Assembly (NCBI GenBank): GCA_965202585.1 | Contig: OZ241830.1 | Coordinates: forward strand, 49,290,001-49,354,000 | Direction of reading: 5' to 3' | DNA length: 64,000 nucleotides | Source: Thalia democratica | Taxonomy: Eukaryota | In this document: positions 50,301-59,893 of the stretch, one piece after another | How positions within the stretch are numbered: the first letter of the stretch is position 1 | Layout: each line of letters opens with the position of its first letter | The notes under the pieces: generated by a model | The model's input: the letters and a program-made list of their open reading frames with translations, nothing else | Database searches by the model: none | Told to the model about the DNA's origin: nothing | Made by a program: the position numbers and the translations under genes

Positions 50301-50805
50301 TTCTTTTTCAAAAGTTTTTTTTCATAGACTCGAACTTTACCTACTTATTTTGAAAGCAGAAGTGCAAAATTTAGGATGATAATTTTTAAAGCCTAGTTTT
50401 TTTTTCGAAATTAGTAGTACATGCTCAGTAACTAGTTTGCAACAAAGACAATTAAAAGAGGCTTAGAAAACAAAACAATAAAATAAAGATATTCTCTAGT
50501 TTTGTATTTACTAACTGCTTTTAAACTAAGTGTATACTTTATATTTGCTTTTTTGATTCCTTGACTTTAAAAAAATCTTATTTGAATAAAATTAAATAAC
50601 GATAAAATTAATTAAAAATTATACTATTTTTATATTAACATAATTTTTGCATATTTAGACGTACTCTAAAGAAGCAGTTGAAACAGTACCTGTATTCAAT
50701 GCTGCTGTAACGGAGCATTACAGTAGGCCTATGCTTGGAGACGACTGGGTAATACCCGCTAATCAATCAAGAAAAGATAACCCGTTTATCGGAAGCAAGC
50801 GGTGA
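11124..50805 (+). CDS. PDK: Mitochondrial pyruvate dehydrogenase kinase, whole gene span (10 coding exons, 434 aa)
   Basis: Exons join in frame (187+80+131+185+165+77+134+85+114+147 = 1305 nt). Motifs [75 protein letters not shown]-terminal DDW. Confidence 0.95.
11580..11660 (+). mobile_element. Right-end fragment of the ACTCAGGA MITE family
   Basis: ...CACTCAGGATAG...AGAGTGGCAACCTTG matches the ends at 7975 and 33699. Confidence 0.55.
11702..12429. mobile_element. Tigger/pogo-type MITE with TA TSD
   Basis: TA|CAGTAACCTCTCGCATCTTTACGCAC ... GTGCGTAAATAAGTGAGAGGTTACTG|TA. Confidence 0.85.
13168..14340 (+). pseudogene. gag: gag of family A copy 1 (stop at 13863; Cys-rich tail duplicated)
   Basis: [54 protein letters not shown]; highly similar to 19935-21032. 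Confidence 0.85.
14491..14888 (+). pseudogene. Integrase C-terminal (SH3-like) remnant
   Basis: [53 protein letters not shown]; same region as 21880-22244. Confidence 0.75.
15006..15657 (+). pseudogene. Decayed extra ORF between integrase and PPT, with N-terminal transmembrane anchor; function unknown
   Basis: ATG at 15006, [35 protein letters not shown]... The frame can be followed for ~215 codons through about 3 stops and 3 frameshifts. Confidence 0.6.
16358..16437 (+). CDS. PDK: PDK coding exon 2
   Basis: CAG acceptor; (A)[26 protein letters not shown]; GTAAG donor. Confidence 0.93.
17443..17573 (+). CDS. PDK: PDK coding exon 3
   Basis: [43 protein letters not shown]; phase-2 donor GTTAGT. 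Confidence 0.92.
17700..19020 (+). pseudogene. pol: Gypsy reverse transcriptase fragment split by a hAT insertion
   Basis: CRETVD.SP..KYCV..., [25 protein letters not shown] | [20 protein letters not shown]; resumes after the TSD at 18951. Confidence 0.8.
17958..18950 (+). mobile_element. Family H6 hAT-like element, copy 2, with exact 6-bp TSD CATGTG
   Basis: CATGTG|CAGGGTTGTTAC ... GTGGCAACCATG|CATGTG; homologous to 55-1293. Confidence 0.88.
19500..19790 (+). pseudogene. Older degraded integrase C-terminal fragment of family A
   Basis: Similar to 14640-14950 (CTGTTGTCAAAGTTAATG..., AAAAGCAAACATACC) but more diverged; abuts the LTR at 19800. Confidence 0.6.
19935..21032 (+). CDS. gag: gag of family A copy 2 (open, 365 aa, runs into the integrase junction)
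   Basis: ORF track; N-terminal C-x4-C...H-x3-H and C-terminal CxxC...CxxC. Confidence 0.8.
   Translation: MPVIKCPIESCTYETDVDASVAASLLIIYNNVHINANSSKPKPPKMDGPRIGRDCNEEGLNIYVQKWTIFKGSLEMTEVEKPRQLYQSCEEDLGDAILKGHEDIVNSSEQELLRIIKQLAVIPVSVVVQDFLSTRQDLTENTRSFAACLKEKASTCSYTCKCPKDGCNQMIDFTDIILKNVMVTGQADEVIPKKVLGWESLDEKIVNETIGFIEGKEMACDAMSKPAVTASVFSYKSLKKTTQKPSGKITCSICNKSTNKFFWSSKNMRYIECSACKQCWIKSCKKVYQSHQNYADASNALLVSGLHTQNFDSFCSQGHRKYMFERKNVKNKKEVQGQKKYFYTLDGDKNRTNPKAIIAYLQMNY
21029..22244 (+). pseudogene. Integrase of family A copy 2, interrupted by MITE 21398-21765
   Basis: [74 protein letters not shown]. Confidence 0.88.
21398..21765 (+). mobile_element. hAT MITE (CAGGGTTTCCCAAA ends) with 8-bp TSD GTCTAAAT
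   Basis: Exact TSD on both sides; same family as 29145-29687 in opposite orientation. Confidence 0.95.
22359..22472 (-). repeat. Inverted family A LTR plus first 10-11 nt of PBS
   Basis: Reverse complement of TGTATAAGTATTTACCTAG...GTTTA+TGATAAAGTC. Confidence 0.9.
23329..23513 (+). CDS. PDK: PDK coding exon 4
   Basis: [26 protein letters not shown]...[21 protein letters not shown]; GTATGT donor. An alternative in-frame acceptor lies at 23311. Confidence 0.93.
25561..26165 (-). mobile_element. Decayed RTE-clade LINE fragment (linker to RT N-terminus)
   Basis: Minus frames read [50 protein letters not shown]. These resemble RTE ORF segments (RCANDYWL, GKAPG.DGIPAE, GISLLS.VGK..AR). Confidence 0.7.
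27081..28200 (-). pseudogene. pol: Gypsy B integrase (HHCC and DDE intact; truncated at GPY)
   Basis: [44 protein letters not shown] then runs into the LTR. Confidence 0.9.
29145..29687 (-). mobile_element. hAT MITE with 8-bp TSD ATCTAAAT and four ~78-bp internal tandem units
   Basis: Exact TSD; CAGGGTTTCCCAAA / TTTGGGAAACCCTG termini. Confidence 0.95.
30887..30950 (-). promoter_or_regulatory. Putative -1 ribosomal frameshift signal (A AAA AAC plus pseudoknot)
   Basis: Heptamer at 30950-30944 in the gag frame; the -1 frame continues as pol; complementary stems lie downstream. Confidence 0.7.
30920..31732 (-). CDS. gag: Gypsy B gag (270 aa, open)
   Basis: DPAVELRFF...[10 protein letters not shown]; C-terminal [15 protein letters not shown].....CP zinc knuckle. 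Confidence 0.85.
   Translation of the reverse strand: MSTQISFKKKTLENCKLFQKIDAVRDPAVELRFFADRCTAYGITSEMEKFEILQRIWPRSDIIDFVETHDEDRTFNSLVNFLQGKGNKLPRILGASPSWPEPVQFQDLFLAAKQWAKSKEEDRIKYFMHRHAPNNLKNKIKECFGLEYNEFIRRTEFICDIEQQRVFENAKNFSYEPQRFKHNKRYSYKQKWHENIPQKKEHFRSYEHTRSQGYLGEGYNKRTNYEQNALCHKHAKFGDRADYCAAVATCPMSPLRQQHDQKNDFPSSKQ
31834..32127 (-). CDS. 97-aa ORF starting inside the 5' LTR and crossing the PBS
   Basis: ORF track; basic N-terminus and acidic/coiled-coil-like C-terminus ([24 protein letters not shown]). Confidence 0.5.
   Translation of the reverse strand: MIKTKKGLRQKNKLTGLADTEPSVSADFNGDSDLISNSQSPSNIQATINSAHDTKVSAQTRENNEIVDFNALDEVDLDVEDLAHLLEQAKVLEKKIN
32031..32041 (-). promoter_or_regulatory. 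Primer-binding site, tRNA-Arg(UCU)-like
   Basis: TGGCGACTCTG, one base after the LTR end; complementary to the CAGAGUCGCCA 3' end of metazoan tRNA-Arg-TCT as recalled. Confidence 0.75.
33340..33699 (+). mobile_element. ACTCAGGA-family MITE
   Basis: CAGGGTTGCCAC ... GTGGCAACCTTG; homologous to 7652-7975. Confidence 0.75.
34051..34215 (+). CDS. PDK: PDK coding exon 5
   Basis: [54 protein letters not shown]; phase 1 at both ends. Confidence 0.94.
34826..37845. mobile_element. ~3-kb foldback element with terminal arrays of 15-bp repeats
   Basis: (GATCACTTCTAACCC)n at 34826-34990 and (GGGTTAGAAGTGATC)n at 37594-37845. Diverged inverted similarity continues inward (36090-36640 vs 36740-37180). 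Confidence 0.8.
39017..39410. mobile_element. MITE with 33-bp TIR flanked by palindromic GTAATTAC
   Basis: CTAGGATGATGTCGCACTAATATCAAGCTGAAA mirrored with 1 mismatch. The TSD length is ambiguous because the flank is palindromic. Confidence 0.85.
40198..40296 (+). other. Candidate 99-nt in-frame cassette exon in PDK intron 5
   Basis: Long poly-pyrimidine tract + TAG acceptor, AG|GTAAAA donor, phase 1-1, open in the PDK frame. Confidence 0.45.
41527..41603 (+). CDS. PDK: PDK coding exon 6
   Basis: [25 protein letters not shown]; donor GTTTGT. Confidence 0.92.
43486..43619 (+). CDS. PDK: PDK coding exon 7
   Basis: [44 protein letters not shown]; weak donor GTTGTT. Confidence 0.92.
43770..43897 (+). 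mobile_element. Right end of a Charlie/Buster-like hAT MITE
   Basis: ...GCGGGCCGTACATTGCCCACCCCTA terminal motif typical of this group; partner end not found. Confidence 0.55.
44381..44457 (+). mobile_element. Right-end fragment of family H6
   Basis: ...AAATTTTTCTCAGCTTGATCTTGGCAACCATG matches 18870-18950. Confidence 0.8.
44458..47703. mobile_element. ~3.2-kb foldback element with long TIRs and 17-bp CTTTTGCACG subterminal repeats
   Basis: 44458-45245 is the reverse complement of ~47080-47600. The repeat array is longer on the left; the outermost left end is missing. Confidence 0.85.
45745..46810 (+). pseudogene. Decayed CR1/L2-like LINE reverse transcriptase inside the foldback
   Basis: Fragments [41 protein letters not shown] in the expected order. 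Confidence 0.75.
48752..48836 (+). CDS. PDK: PDK coding exon 8
   Basis: [28 protein letters not shown]; GTAAG donor. Confidence 0.93.
49576..49689 (+). CDS. PDK: PDK coding exon 9
   Basis: [38 protein letters not shown] (G2 box). Confidence 0.95.
50659..50805 (+). CDS. PDK: PDK coding exon 10 (terminal)
   Basis: [48 protein letters not shown]. Confidence 0.93.
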   Translation, partial: TYSKEAVETVPVFNAAVTEHYSRPMLGDDWVIPANQSRKDNPFIGSKR

Positions 50806-53715
50806 ATTTAATATTGAAAAATAATTTGATAATCAAGTTTCACTACTTCATTTATGCTTTATAATCCAAGTTCACTACTTTATGCTAGTTGGTATTATTC
50901 ATACTATATTTCAATATATACATATTGTTTTGATAAAAAAATCGAGCTCTGAACAATAAAATTAATAAAAATTTTGATATTTATTTACCTATGTAGTTAT
51001 CTATCAACAACTAATACTCAATAATTTCGTTTAATTATTGTTACATAAGTTTAATTATCAACAGTTTTATTTATATTTTTTTTTGTTAAGTTTTACCAGT
51101 TATTAAAGTTTTTTTTGTTAGTTGTTATAGTCTGTACTATGACATTATTTTTACTTGATCTACTGTACAACATTGTAAACCTGTAAATGGAAACCTACCT
51201 TATACTTACTTTTGAAATGCTGCAAACTGTCCGTTTAAACTGTTTTCTTTTTAGTTTAGTTTTTATTTTCTGCTCATAAATTGATCAGTAAAATTAAACG
51301 TTCAAGATTGATACTGTCCAAATTTTTTTAAACAAATGTATCTGTGTTGTACAACAGTGTCATTTTAAGGTTGTTCTAGAACTTTTTTGTTCAGTATCGT
51401 ATTTATATACTTTTGTTATTTGGCGTTATTAACAAATTTTTCAAAACCTAGTTTTTTATAACTTTAGTCCTTTTAAAGCTTGTTTATCTTCTTTTAATTT
51501 AGTTTGTAATTTTCCTCAATCTTTAAACTATACCGTTTTCTAGCAATGACTATATCAATTAAGAATGCTTTTTCACTAAATATCAATTGAATTTAAAGAT
51601 TATAATTTAATAAAACGATTTCTGTACTTTATAAATTATTTTAGTTGTCTAATTAACCGTTTTAATTGTAAATTTCTAAAATAAAGTTTAAAAGATACAA
51701 TACCGTTTTTGTTTTTCAAAATTTGTTGTTAAATAAAGTATACAAAAGTACAATCAAAAAAAGTTACTTTTTGACAATAAGTCTAAAATTATAATAGCTC
51801 TGAAAATAGGAAAATATACTATTTAAAGATACGATATGTTTTTGTCAATGAAGTAAATTGTAGATTGTTAAGCCATAGTTTTCGGTTTGTATTTACGGAT
51901 TTACAAATTTAAGGGTTAGACCTGTGAAAAGCAAGCATTTAAGCTTGGCTACTTTAATAATTAAAACAAAAAAAAATGTTTTTACGCATTTTTAGGAGTT
52001 TTAATCACTACGTTTAACTTAAACTTTAAATTTACCTAATAATTAAAAACTATTAGAAACTTCTAACTTAATTAAACCAACTTACTCTTAATTCTGCATT
52101 TACAGTTTTATAATTTTAAATATTAATTTTTTTAGACTTCTTTAACAGTAAGTTTGATAGCTTTTTCGCAAATATTTATAGTTATGCTGTTGTGATTTTT
52201 CGTAAATATACTTTATATTATCGAGTATATAGGCCCAATGTTAAATTAAGTTTTAAAACGTCAATAATATTTTTAAAGTTGTTTAATAATTTAACGCTAG
52301 TTTTTTGTGACTTGGGCCAGTTTTTATTTACTCAGACTAGCTTTTTGTTTAATAAATGGCAACCCTGCAACCAGATCAAGTAAACTTTAGAGTTCTAACT
52401 AAGTTTAGTATATAAATTCATAAAAACAGAAAAAGACAAATACAATTAAAAATAATTGTAAAACTGAAAATTATTAGAAGTTTTTGTTGACAAATAATTG
52501 TGAACACAAATAAGTTTTTAAATTAAAAAGAAGCATTCTTCGAATGGATATATAGCGGTGTTTGAATTTCGATTTTGCGCAGTTTTTAGAAATTGTTTTC
52601 TGGCTCACTAATTACGAGATATTGTGAAGCCTATTAGTTTCACTTTCATTCACAAGAAAAATATTTCTAATGAGAGATGCTGCAAAAAAATTACAAGAAG
52701 TTTGTTCGCACAAGAAGGTGTTTTGTTATTTAGAAGAAAGTAATTTAAAATCGATTGTTTAAGTGATTTGTCGCCGAGAATACCTTCGTTTACAATTTGT
52801 TCGTGGACTGTTAGATTTTTGTTATAATATTTTTATTATCGCTAACGGGGCGTTCTACTTATACAATGTTAGGGGCCTAGTTTATAACTCAACGTGCGCT
52901 TTAACTTGTATAAGAGATGTCCCAAAGATAACGAGTAAACTATAGTTGATAAATAGACTAATATGACGTACTTACTATTTACTAAAAGTTTAATAATTGA
53001 ATTACTTATACTACTGTTAAACGTAACTCGAGTCAGTGATGATCAATTGTATTTACAATGAAATTGCGAAACGAAAAGATGATACAATACTGTACAACAT
53101 AAAACTAATAAATCAAATTATCCATTCTTTTAAAAAACTAAAATACATGAATCATAGAAGCTGAAAACTGAGCGTTCATTTAAACAAAATCTATAAAACA
53201 ATAAAAAAGCGAACTAAATTTGCTTAAACAAGATTGAAACCATTCACAACTAAGTGCAGCGAAAAGCCGCAATTACTTAAAGCTTACGGCTACGTAGCCA
53301 AAACTAAAAAGCCGATTTTACGCTCGTTATTTCAATTTATAGTTAGCTTGAGAAAAAAGAAGGGAATAAATAAGATGACAGTTACCGTGAGAGCGGTATA
53401 TTTCCCCTTCATTCTTTATGAATTTATGCTTGAGTTTCAGAAAAAACATTAATATTTATTCATGAACGTAAGAATGCTTAAATATCCCTTTATAGAAAAA
53501 TGAACCTTGACTGTCGGCGACTTTTATCTGCTTAGTTTTAAAAAGTATTACTTTATTTTTAAAATTCTAAAAAATCTGTACATAAATCTGTAAAAAAATC
53601 TGTAAAAAATCTGTAAGAAAATGTACATAATTAATTAAAAGTTTGGAACAATTTACAAAATGACAAAAAAAAAACTGAAAGAAGTTCAGAAATTCTTCTT
53701 TGCTAGTACCCGCTT

Positions 53716-53847
53716 CTCCTTGTACATCTCCTCGCTCATGTTCCTTGTACATCTCATAGAACATGCTCCTTGTACATCTCCTCGAACATGCTCCTTGTAT
53801 ATCTCCTCGAACATGCTCCTTGTACATCTCCTCGTACATGCTCCTTG
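53716..53847. repeat. 25-bp tandem repeat, ~5 units
   Basis: (CTCCTCGAACATGCTCCTTGTACAT)n with substitutions. Confidence 0.9.
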
Positions 53848-55624
53848 CTGGTTGGTACGATCAGATCCATACTTCTCCTTAGCTGTCTTGTTTCTGCTTC
53901 TCGTTTCCTGGCCGTTCGTGCGGAAGTGTACTTAAGTCGTAATTTTACTCGAAACAAGTAAATATAAAAAGCTAAGATATGTGCTACTAGTTAGCAACAA
54001 CACTTTATTTGTTTTAAGCTTTAAAGTATGTTATGTTCAATAAACTTTAAAACAATTTACAGCTTCAGTTGATACGAAGTAATTCTCTACATATTTTAGC
54101 ATATTAAAATCATTTCACATTGGACACGAGTTAGTTGACAAAACAAGCAATCACATGCGTTTCAAAAGTTCAAATCTGTTTTCGTAAAATATCTAGCCGG
54201 TGAACTTTGTACTTCATTTTTTAAACTTAATGTTTTAAGAAAATTTTAAACAAAGTTGTTTTTAAAGTTTAAATACCGGATAAGATTTTTAATAACTCGA
54301 ATGGCCTCATTAAAAAATGTTTTTTAATAAGTACGCTGAAATTTACACAACAAAAACATGCCAATAAAGTTTCTTACAAGCAATTACAAAGGTTATTATA
54401 ATATAACTGTAACTATTGTAGTTTAAAGTTTGGAAATAAAACCGTTGCTCAAAATAAAAATGAAAAAAAAACTTAACAAATTTAAGACATCTTACCTTAA
54501 TAACTGATTAAACTCAAAAACAAATTTTAATAACCTCAAACAAGTATTTTTTACAAAGACAAGCGAAAAAAACAATGTTTTTACACACAGTTTAAAAAGT
54601 TTATTGTCGGTTACAGTTCAAATTTGAAATATTGTTTGAAAACAAAACAATTAAACTTTACAGTTGCTAACTTTTGTAAACTTTTAAAACTCTTTAGGAT
54701 ATTAGAAAGTTATAGCATTTAACTGTATTCTAATTTTTTATTGAACATGTTTTTTATAAAATGTTTAAAACGATGAAAAGATGAAAGAATTATATATGAG
54801 CAATGTGGAAAATGATTAAAAAATAACTAATTTATTTGACGAGACGGCGGAACAACTAGAAAACAAGACTTTTGTTTCAACTTACTCGTACAAGATTTAA
54901 AATTCATATTAAACAACACTTCAACAATGAATTACGATAATATCATACGCAACAAATACATTTTAGCTCTAACACATATCGATTAGCCTTTCCCAAACCA
55001 CTTTAACATAAAAATTCAACACAACAAAACTAATTAACATTTGCTAAAAACAACTCAAATCTCTCAAAAACTCGAATTACTTAGTTGTTTTGGCAAAAAA
55101 ACTTTTTTTATAAATTTTACAGACCTGATGACCGGTTTAAATAAAGGTACAATAATGTTTTGTTTTCTGCTTGAGTTTCTATTAAAAATGAGTAATATAA
55201 TAGGATTCTAATTGTTAATTTCTTTGTTTAGAAAGTTTTTTAGACTAGTTGTCTGCTATAATTAAATTTAAACAAATTACTCTTTTGGTGGTCTTAAGTT
55301 TCTGTTCGAGGAGTTAGTTAACCGTCAAATTCAACCAGATCGTAATTTAAACTTTCAACGTTGATAAATCGCGTTCAAAAAAATACTTAAAGTTTTACCG
55401 CGATTTTTTTCCTGACTAACGCTTATTGTAACAGTTTTTTCAATTTAAAACGTTAAAAAGGCCCTCTACTGAATATGTACCCAACTAATTCGAGGTTTTT
55501 TTAAAATGCGTTTTACGCTACTTTTTAAAGGTTTTTCGGTATTCGCAGTCGTTTCGCGTTCTAAGAGAGAAATATATTTTTTTTAAGATTTCGCAATTGG
55601 CCATAGCATTTACTTTAGTTTCGT

Positions 55625-56062
55625 CGATCTCAGATCTAATTTTATGCCTCTCTTCAGTTTCTGATCTATCTCTTGGCCTTACAGTAGCCTCTGATCTGGC
55701 TTCTGGCCCTACGATAGTCTCTGATCTGTCTGTTGACCCTACAGCATCCTCTGATCCTTCTCATAGTTTCACGTCAGTCTTTGATCTGTTTGTTAGTTTG
55801 ATCCGTCTCCTGGCCTTACCTCAGTCTCTGATCGGTCTATTGACCCTACGGCATCCTCTGATCCGTCTCCTAGTCTCACGTCAGTATCTGATCTCGTGCT
55901 TCTGTTTGTAATCGATGGGAATTACCGTATACTTGTCGATCTAACTGAAGAAGAACTGTTATCAATTTTAACCATAGACATAGATGCTTTTGGCTTGACT
56001 AAAATAGATTTGTTAAATGGTCGCGGCACCAAAACCGACCGACTTTGATTTTTATGCGCCAT
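55625..56062 (-). pseudogene. Decayed ORF with 10-aa (30-bp) repeats in element C
   Basis: ATG at 56062, TAA at 55922, then RSDTDVRLGD GSEDAVGSID RSETEVRPGD ... RSEATVRPRD RSETEERHKI. Confidence 0.6.
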
Positions 56063-56230
56063 ACTTATGACGTCATAACTCGGTATTTCGCGATTGCGTT
56101 TTACTTCCCTAGCAGCTATTCTGACATTTTAAGTCTTATCGAAATTATAAAATAGTTTTGGGTCACCATCTACAAACGTAGAAATCTTTAATGAAGGTAT
56201 CCGTGTTCAATTCCAGCTGTAACACTGGCT

Positions 56231-56243
56231 GTCGGGGTCATCA
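56231..56243 (-). promoter_or_regulatory. Primer-binding site, tRNA-Trp-like
   Basis: TGATGACCCCGAC, one mismatch from TGGTGACCCCGAC (complement of the tRNA-Trp 3' end). Confidence 0.8.
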
Positions 56244-59200
56244 TATCGCTAACGGGGTGTTCTATTTATACAATGTTAGGGGACTAGTTTATAACTCAAC
56301 GTGCGCTTTAACTTGTATAAGAGATGTCCCAAAGATAACGAGTAAACTATAGTTGATAAATAGACTAATATGACGTACTTACTATTTACTAAAAGTTTGA
56401 TAATTGAATTACTTATACTACTGTTAAACGTAACTCGAGTCAGTGATGATCAATTGTATTTACAATGAAATTGCGAAACGAAAAGATGATACAATACTGT
56501 ACAACATAAAAATAAAAAATCAAATTATCCATTCTTTTAAAAAACTAAAATACATGAATCAAAGAAGCTGAAAACTAAGCGTTCATTTAAACAAAATCTA
56601 TAAAACAATAAAAAAGCGAACTAAATTTGCTTAAACAAGATTGAAACCATTCACAACTAAGTGCAGCGAAAAGCCGCAATTACTTAAAGCTTACGGCTAC
56701 GTAGCCAAAACTAAAAAGCCGATTTTACGCTCGTTATTTCAATTTATAGTTAGCTTGAGAAAAAAGAAGGAAATAAATAAGATGACAGTTACCGTGAGAG
56801 CGGTACATTATTCTTAATATTTTATATGGACTTTACTTATAAACAGATTGGAGTGATTTATAACATTTCTTGGTAATTTGCACCTATAGTATTTTATATA
56901 TTTTCTCTACATAAAATACAAGACTAAGTATTCATCATTTGTAAATTAAAAATTTTAAGAAATCATTAAATTTTAATTTGTTGTAGTTTTTGAGTTTTAT
57001 GAATAAGCTAATAAAAATTACGTTTTAGGTTTATTACATGCAAAGTAAAAGCTATACTGAGAATATTTATTTATAATAAATGCTTCTTTGATATTAATAA
57101 AGTTTAGAAATACTATAGCTTTTGAAAATTTTAAAACACAAAACTTTTATTTAGTTCGACTACAAACATTTTATTTTTAAAACTAAGCAAAAATATAAAA
57201 GTTCAAAAAAGTATACACAAAACTTTAAGCAAAACCGTTCAGAAAGTTCTAAATGAAAATCAATCAAAGAAGGATAACTATTTAAGTTTACTGTTAATCA
57301 CAGCACTATACTAATAATATACGAAATTAAAAAAGGGGTTGATCATACTTGATACTTGTTAAGCTTGAGCTTGTCCCACGTTATACGAAATTCCAGGCTT
57401 CTGCTCTGCAAACTTTCGCCGATGTTTTTGTTGATACGAAATAAACGTATAAAAAATACAACAAACTTTATTTAGAAAACTATTAAAACTATAAGGATAA
57501 AAAATTAATAAATTGAAATCGTGTTCATCTCACAATACTTAAACTAAGTTAGTAATTCTTCTAATCGAAACTGCCCAGATAAATGAACGTCCGGATAAGT
57601 GAAATCCGAAAAAGTGAATACGCACTGCACTGTACTTTAAATAAGTGACTCTCAAAAGGTGAACGTGTATAAACTTACTTTACTACGCTAAGATAATTTT
57701 TATGAATAAAAAATGTTTTCTAAATAGCTTTACACCGTATTTTTACATTAGTAAGTTGATTTTCATAATTTTATAAAATTATAATGTATTATATGCTAAT
57801 AAGTATAATTAAAGAACTATGAAGTTTGTTGTTTATTTTTCATAATACAACAAAATGAGGCGAAAGCAAAACTAAAAAATACTGTTAAAATAAAAGTTAA
57901 CTATTATATAGTGACGTAGTTATAAACTTTGCTTAAAAGATCTAACAGTATCACAAATTTGTGGCTACTTTTTAATAATAGTTTTAATATTTACTTACAC
58001 AAGTTATAATAGGAATGTATTTATCAGTGTTCTTAAGTTTTGAAATAAAGTTTTTTTTAATAAACATATTTAGTCGTTTTTTTGTTTAATGAAGTTCTCC
58101 CGTCAGCGTTCGCTATTTTCATCTTCTCATAGGTACAGGTCATGCAGGTTCTCTTCGGATTTCTTATATCTCTGATGCGATGAAAAAAGTTCCAGTTAAT
58201 GTTTTAGTTATTATTATTATTATTATTATTTTTTTTAAATATAGTAGTTGACAATATGATCGTTGAAATTTTTAAAACAGTAAAAAAAGTAATTCATTCT
58301 AGCTTTAAGTTACAAAAACTTTGCTTATTTACAAACTTTACAAGTTTAATAATTTAAGTATGTTTATTTGTTTAAAGTTTTTAACCTTAAAATCTTATTA
58401 AGTAGCTTATACTTTTCTAACCTTAGCATAAATTCACCTGTTAATATTATAAATTTTCTAAATTAATAGTTTCAAATTATAAGTTTTATTTAGTCAGTTT
58501 TTTAAAAATAAATGCCAGTTGTATTCTAAGTGTAGCCTATTAACTTCTTGCTTGTTTATACAAAAATATTTTTTTACATATTTTATTATTTAATTGAGGA
58601 TGTTGTTTAATTAATTTTTTATAGTCTTAATTATTTTTGAATAATTGTTTTGTCAATAAAATTTTGAAAATTGAGTTGATCATTCTCTTTATTATTGAGT
58701 CGAGAACTTTTATTGTGATCTCTAAAGTAAAAAGTAAACAAAATGTTTTCATTCATAACATTATGCAAATAAGGTAAACTGAGAATACGGGAGGATATTA
58801 GGAGCATTTATATCCTTATCCTTAACGGCCTGACCTACCTTACCCAAAATTTTAATCTACAACCATATCCCTAACCCACCTTACCCAAATATATAAAGAG
58901 TAAACCGAAAGAAAAGTTTTAAAAGTTAAAATTAGAAAAAAGTAAAATATCAGTTATTCAGAAGCGATCTTACAACTGCAGCTGACGCAACAGTTTTAAT
59001 AACAAACTACATAAAAATCCCCTAAAACACCAAAAACAACATCAAAAACGTGCATATGTCTCAATAGAGCATGAACTTAGCTTGGCAGCATTTTTTAGGT
59101 TTTTAAAAAAATTGTCCAAACTTTGGACCCACTTATTTTCCTTATCTTAATAGCTAATTAAAAGATCTTTTTTTTTATCCTAAAGAACGGTCCTTTGCTC

Positions 59201-59711
59201 TGAATAAAAAAAAACATTGGATAAGGGTGTGAATTTGAGTGGGGCCCTTAGAAAAAAATGTGTTTTTTATGAGTTTTCACTTAAGTTGATTATAAAAAAA
59301 AAAGTTTTTTAATCTTCTTATTAATTCTTCAATTTCTCTTCAGTCTTTTTTGTTTTCTCATTAAAAATTTAAAAGGCTCATTCATGTTATAAAAAGCTAG
59401 CTCAGCTTTCAATTTTGTCTATCTTTTATCAGTTCTAGAATCAATTTTTTAATGCATTGTGTAGTCATTTAGTTTTTGTAGCCTTAATATAAGTGGGATG
59501 TAAAAACAAAATAAAACAAATACTCTTTAATGTCAGCTATTCATCTTTCATGATGAATCAAGTACTTAATTACTTTTTATTGGTCTTATTTTATTTAGAC
59601 AATGTGATTAAGTGAAAAGAAGTTTATTTTTACATTTAGTGTTAGCTTAAAAAATTATAATAATTTTTTATTTAATGTTATTGATACTTTTTATTTTTTA
59701 AATTTTTTAAG

Positions 59712-59893
59712 GTTAAAAACATCAGAAATAAATCTCCCGTCTGCAACGATAAACATTTTCCTAAGGTCAAGCGAACAAGTTTGAGCTCATGTGTTATTCC
59801 ACCTGAAGTTATAAGAAAATATAATTTTAGATGATTTGAAAAAACTTTCACCTTGGCACCATTCATTTTCTGAAAACCAGCCCAATGCAAACT
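59712..59893 (+). other. Exon-like segment, possibly 5' UTR of the downstream gene
   Basis: TTTTTTAAG acceptor and GTATGT donor around GC-richer sequence, but no frame stays open across it. Confidence 0.3.

Larger units (their letters stand above)
52837..56807 (-). mobile_element. Non-autonomous LTR element C (LARD-like)
   Basis: 564-bp LTRs at 52837-53400 and 56244-56807 (~10 substitutions), 4-bp TSD TTAT, PPT GAAGGGGAAA at 53401-53410 (minus), no recognisable pol. Confidence 0.92.

Noticed and set aside
11124-50805. Alternative call as BCKDK
   Set aside because: [35 protein letters not shown] and the C-terminal DW fit PDK rather than BCKDK.
53030-53080. Hammerhead-like GTGATGA...GAAAC in the element C LTR
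   Set aside because: No stem III or NUH triplet and no stem I can be formed.
53567-53961. Four overlapping ORFs (EEMYKEHV etc.)
   Set aside because: Produced by a 25-bp repeat that cycles through frames; no evidence of coding.
57340-58200. Two GC-richer islands (57340-57460, 58090-58195) as exons
   Set aside because: Short open frames and plausible splice signals exist on both strands, and no consistent gene model or known motif could be built.
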